From Macrostomum lignano (Eukaryota), in the NCBI GenBank assembly GCA_002269645.1, contig NIVC01000034.1, forward strand, positions 186,001-250,000: a DNA stretch of 64,000 nt, in the 5' to 3' direction. Numbering within the stretch: position 1 is the first letter of the stretch; each line of letters begins with the position of its first letter. Below, one piece after another: positions 60,501 to 64,000 of the stretch. The notes beneath the pieces are model-generated. The model worked only from the letters and a program-made list of their open reading frames with translations, searched no databases and was not told the origin of the DNA. The position numbers were made by a program, and so were the translations under genes.

Positions 60501-63500
60501 AATATTCCAACCATTGCTTCTGCGGCAATCACTATGGCCGATTCGGAATCAGACCGAACACCGAGTGCAGAATGCAGTGCAGCGGCGACAAGACCACTTA
60601 CTGCGGAGGAGGCTGGAGAAACAATGTTTACACGACAGGCTTGGAGGTGGCTACAATTGGTAAATGTGCATTTTTATTGAGTTTTTTAAGCCTCTGGACA
60701 TCGCATATAAAATGAGATTAAACACAGAAAATTATCTTCAACGCATTCATTTTTTATAGCCAAGGGTGTCAGACGTCTTGGATGTTTTGTTGACAATGCC
60801 AAGCGAGACCTGCCTTTAGTACACAATGCCGGTCATAAGGCAAGCAAGCCATACTGCTGGAAATTCTGCAAGAGCCGAGGCTACGTTTACTTTGGTCTGC
60901 AGAATGGAAATCATTGCACGTGCGGCAATAACTACGGAGCTTTCGGTCGAGCCAAGAAGAGCTCGTGTCGCAAACCCTGTCGGGGAGACAAGAGGTCGAA
61001 ATGCGGTGGAGCCTACAGAAACGAAGTGTTCACAACCGGAATTGAGCTTGAGCGGCCATCGGGTGAGATTACTACAGATCGGGTGGTTTAATACAAACGA
61101 TCGTTGGTTAAAATTCAATTTTTTCGGAACCTTTCACCCACTCCAGCTCCGGGCATGAAGCACATGGGCTGCTTTGTCGATTCTCGCAAACGCGACCTGC
61201 CTAAGCTTGCTGCCACTGGCGACATGTCTGTCCTGAAGTGCCGCTTAAAGTGCAAACGACTCGGCTATAGGTACTTTGGTGTACAATTTGCCAAGCAGTG
61301 CTGGTGCGGCAACAGCTACGGTAAGCACGGCAAGAGAAGCCAGATCGAGTGCAGGATGCAGTGCACCGGCGACAAGGCCAACTACTGCGGAAATAGCTGG
61401 AGAAACGACATCTACTCTACGGGGATTGAGCTGGAAGCGTCCAGTGAGTATTCTTTCCACTGCCCATTTTTCGAAAGTTTTTCCGTGTCGTCTTTAAAGT
61501 AATTCTTTCAGCTTGCAAGTCCTGTAATACAGTAAAGCAACGTTTAGAATGCATTTTTGATAAATAAAAGATTCATGCAGGGGCATCGCCACCGGGGGGG
61601 ACAAGGGGGGCATGCCCCCCAGTAAAAGATAAGGGGGGGGGGGTCATGCCAATGCTTTGTCCCCCCAACCTTGTATGGAAATCAATAATTTTGCTGCAGG
61701 GTGAGAAAGCACGGTGCCAAAATAAGTGCCTGCGGCGCCAAAATAAGTGCCTACGGCGCTAAAATGAGTGCCTGCGGCGCTAAAATGAGTGCCTGCGGCG
61801 CTAAAATGAGTGCCTGCGGCGCTAAAATTAGTGCCTGCGGCGCCAAAATTAGTGCCTACGGCGCTAAAATGAGTGCCTGCGGCGCTAAAATGAGTGCCTG
61901 CGGCGCTAAAATTAGTGCCTGCGGCGCCAAAATTAGTGCCTGCGGCGCTAAAATGAGTCTCTGCGGTACCAAAATGAGTGCCTGCGGCGCTAAAATGAGT
62001 GCCTGCGGCGCTAAAAAGGAGCGCCGGCAACACCGACTCAGAAAATAATGTACACGTAGGAATTTAGTCATGTAGGTCGTACATGTAGATGTATCAATAA
62101 AATTCTTGGCTTTGTCTCCCCCCCCACCATAAAATCCATGGCGACGCCATTGGATTCAATTATCCGTCTGTCTAATATACGTTTGTATGAATGGAAGTGA
62201 GGAGAGATACATACGATATAACATTTATTGTACAGTGTATATACTTGTAACACACTTACGAGCAGCTCTTATAGAATTTGAAGCATAACCGGTTAGCATT
62301 GTAGGGAATTAGGGAACTTATGGAATTTTATAGTTTGGAATAAAGATAGATAAACGAGAATAGTTAAGTAGCGTCGATAGTTTATGCATCAAATCTGGCA
62401 TCCTATCCGTTCTCAGCTTGCCGGCTCGGCACCAAGGAGAAGTTCGTGCCCTACCGCACCTGCTCTTGCAAGCCGGCGCCAGACCATCGCAGCCTCGGCT
62501 CCCTGGTGTTCGTCATTGACACTACGGGCAGCATGGGCAGAGTCATCAAGTCCGTGAAGAACAACATCCGCAAAATCATCGCTGCCAATAAGCGATTCGA
62601 CGACTTCGTCGTTGCCACATTCGGCGATCCCTACAAGAAGAAGCTGATGAAGACAACCAGCGCATCGAAGATCTATCGGTTCCTCAACAAGCTGAAGGCC
62701 AGAGGAGGTGGCGACTGTCCCGAGTTCGCGATGTCGGGCGCTCTGGACGCTGCCGAGGCTGCCGAGCCGAACTCCGTCATGATTCTGTTCACGGACGCCT
62801 CAGCCAAGGACAGGCGCAAGATGGGCGCCGTGGAGGCCAAGCTGAAGGCCAAGAGAATCCGATTCTTCACGGTAGCCAGCGGCAGGCAGTGCGGCACGAA
62901 CGGAAAGAACTTCGCTAAGTTGGCCAAAGTCACCTACGGACAGTTTTCTAGGCTTCACTCCAAAGTCAGCAATAAGGTAAAATTGATTTTCTATGAGCTT
63001 GTAGAGAGACCGCAGGGTTGATTTCAGATTATGTAGTCAAATAATTACTTAATGAAACTCTCCGCCCAGGTCATGGAGCTCATCAGACGAGGTGTCCGAG
63101 GCGATTTAAGCTTCAGTGCCTTCCCCTCAAGCCGTGGCGGTCTGACCAGAGTGCTGAAAGGAAGTGAGTACTCTTTTGACTTATCAATATACCAGGTAGC
63201 AGACATTTTTAACGACTTGAAAAATTTCTCAAGCGGTGTTTATCGAAATGGGTAATCGAAGTTTGACTCACAAGTAGACAGTCACATGTACCTTACCTAC
63301 TTCGGAAGCCAGCCTTTTCAAGGAGCTAAAGTCAAGATGATAAAGTATCATTGAGTAAGATTATAGATACTGAAGCGCTAAATAAAACATCAATTTTGGC
63401 TGCAAACAACTTAAAATTTTCAGAATGCCCTTGTCGAACTGTTACTCGTCGAATTTGTGTGAAGCCGCATCCAGGTAAGAATGTTTTTTGTTTGTTTAAT

Positions 63501-64000
63501 TTAGATAGCTTAACGATAAAATTTAATTTTTTATACGAGATAATCATTGCTTCATGTGACTTGACGTAAATTGACATCGCTGGCAAATGGCTAGTTTTTA
63601 AAGTACACTGACAAATATGGAAGTCGTACGGCGGCTGAACGATTGTTTAATGCACGCTCATTTAAGTACCCATTTGTCAGCAATATAGAAGGACGTTGTT
63701 ACCGCACAGCTACTACTATAAGTAGTTGTATCAAACTTTTACATACATCGCCCATTCGATCATTAAAGGATTCCTCGGCTGTTACCTGGACGACCCGGAG
63801 TATCCGGACTTCACCGTCGCCATGGTGTCCAACCGCATGACTGTGTGGAAGTGCAATAAAATCTGCAAGGCCAAGAAGTTTTCCTACTTCGGCGTCAAGA
63901 ACGGCAAAATCTGCGGCTGCGGCAATCAGTATGGAAACAGCGGCGACACCGCCAATGCCAACTGCAACGTGGCTTGCGGCGGCAACCCGGGCGAGAAGTG
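30496..64000 (+). CDS. Giant secreted multidomain protein: signal peptide, about 39 WSC, 10 F-type lectin (FTP) and 3 VWA+linker modules; 3' end beyond the window
   Basis: A phase-compatible exon chain runs from the signal exon to the window end. WSC signature: GC(F/Y)xD...C...C......F(G)xQ...C.CG...Y...C...C.G....CG..WRN.(I/V)Y. F-lectin signature: AIDGN...SCTHT...RxDCC..R. VWA signature: FVIDxTGSM...GGGDC.E. A few 1-nt exonic deletions occur near 47.3-48.0 kb and 58.8 kb. Confidence 0.8.
30776..36320 (+). repeat. 636-bp tandem array (WSC exon plus intron), about 8.7 apparently identical copies
   Basis: Identical ORFs recur every 636 bp. The 285-nt exons start at 31070, 31706, 32342, 32978, 33614, 34250, 34886 and 35522, and a ninth hybrid exon spans 36158-36463. 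Confidence 0.97.
36698..37111 (+). CDS. F-type lectin (fucolectin/FTP) exon, module 1
   Basis: AIDGNTNQNYGKKSCTHT...NRRDCCANRL carries an intact H-x26-R-x-D-x4-R fucose-binding motif. Phase 1-1. Confidence 0.9.
37287..38701 (+). CDS. VWA domain exon (37287-37837) plus linker exons (38475-38568, 38657-38701), module 1
   Basis: LVFVIDITGSMGRVI, GGGDCAEMAMSG and FTDASAKD are hemicentin/VWA7-type VWA motifs. The linker LMEFVRR...RCRCRNINRRICVR is conserved in all three modules. Confidence 0.85.
40308..48080 (+). repeat. 1052-bp tandem array of F-lectin exon plus WSC exon, about 7.4 copies
   Basis: F-lectin exons start at 40308, 41360, 42412, 43464, 44516, 45568, 46620 and 47669. WSC exons start at 40841, 41893, 42945, 43997, 45049, 46101 and 47153. 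Confidence 0.97.
48256..49320 (+). CDS. VWA exon (48256-48806) plus linker exons (49102-49195, 49276-49320), module 2
   Basis: The VWA exon is nearly identical to module 1. Linker exon lengths (94 and 45 nt) are the same as in module 1. Confidence 0.85.
49408..51806 (+). CDS. Six diverged WSC exons
   Basis: Phase 1-1 exons at 49408-49707, 49809-50108, 50350-50646, 50733-51032, 51123-51422 and 51510-51806, each with the 8-Cys WSC pattern. Confidence 0.88.
51890..52300 (+). CDS. Diverged F-type lectin exon
   Basis: AIDGNTNQHFFKHSCTHT...NRQDCCAKRL. 411 nt, phase 1-1. Confidence 0.88.
52519..55661 (+). CDS. Seven WSC exons
   Basis: Exons at 52519-52821, 53297-53593, 53699-54001, 54113-54409, 54502-54798, 54899-55195 and 55359-55661, all with lengths divisible by 3 and phase 1-1. 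Confidence 0.88.
55671..57678 (-). mobile_element. Degraded, internally deleted Ty3/Gypsy LTR retrotransposon in an intron
   Basis: LTRs at 55671-55827 and 57541-57678 (minus strand TGCGAGGG...GCTAACA). PBS-like TGGCGACGAGG lies next to the 5' LTR and a PPT (AAGAGGAG) next to the 3' LTR. Fragments of gag (RLRDQFIFEL), zinc knuckle (CGYCRKVGHLKAVC), protease and RT N-terminus (WSTPFVTV...GDYKVTVN). 5-bp TSD GTTAT/GTTGT. Confidence 0.88.
57830..61443 (+). CDS. Nine WSC exons, including 1753-bp-period repeats of the 54113-55661 block
   Basis: Exons at 57830-58126, 58219-58515, 58616-58910 (2 nt short), 59126-59428, 59583-59879, 59972-60268, 60363-60659, 60760-61062 and 61147-61443. Confidence 0.86.
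61578..62152 (+). mobile_element. hAT-like MITE carrying a 21-bp minisatellite (intronic)
   Basis: Ends CAGGGGCATCGCC...GGCGACGCCATTG. The flanks GATTCATG and GATTCAAT look like a decayed 8-bp TSD. Internal (AAAATGAGTGCCTGCGGCGCT)n at about 61715-62015. Confidence 0.8.
62417..63474 (+). CDS. VWA exon (62417-62976) plus linker exons (63070-63163, 63424-63474), module 3 (diverged)
   Basis: LVFVIDTTGSMGRVI, GGGDCPEFAMSG and FTDASAKD. Linker VMELIRR...KCPCRTVTRRICVKPHP. Canonical GT-AG sites. Confidence 0.87.
63769..64000 (+). CDS. WSC exon, truncated by the window end
   Basis: GFLGCYLDDPEYPDF...CNKICKAKKFSYFGVKNGKICGCGNQYG...CNVACGGNPGEK. Not in the supplied ORF track. Confidence 0.8.

Noticed and set aside
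61644-62071. KMSACGA / AAGTHFS repeat ORFs
   Set aside because: Translation of the 21-bp minisatellite inside a MITE.

Overview
Eukaryotic (animal) genomic DNA with GC-rich, Gln/Ala-rich exons, AT-rich GT-AG introns and many minisatellites. The style suggests a flatworm such as Macrostomum, but that is an inference. Every recognisable host gene is on the + strand. The left half (1-23.5 kb) holds the 3' end of a calsyntenin gene, a tight ATG12-COMMD4-YIPF3 cluster and a multi-exon AKNA-like gene. These are interspersed with microsatellites, hAT-like MITEs and two copies of a CORE-type tRNA-SINE. The right half (30.5-64 kb) is best read as one giant secreted modular gene that runs off the window end. 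It has a signal-peptide exon, about 39 WSC exons, 10 F-type lectin (fucolectin/FTP) exons and 3 hemicentin-type VWA+linker modules. Most domains are strongly cationic, and almost all are encoded by symmetric phase 1-1 exons. The gene was built by nested tandem amplifications of different ages (636-bp, 1052-bp and 1753-bp units) and contains a chimeric exon and an intronic Ty3/Gypsy relic whose empty site survives in a paralogous intron. Exon structures were derived by hand from splice signals and frame continuity, without transcript evidence.
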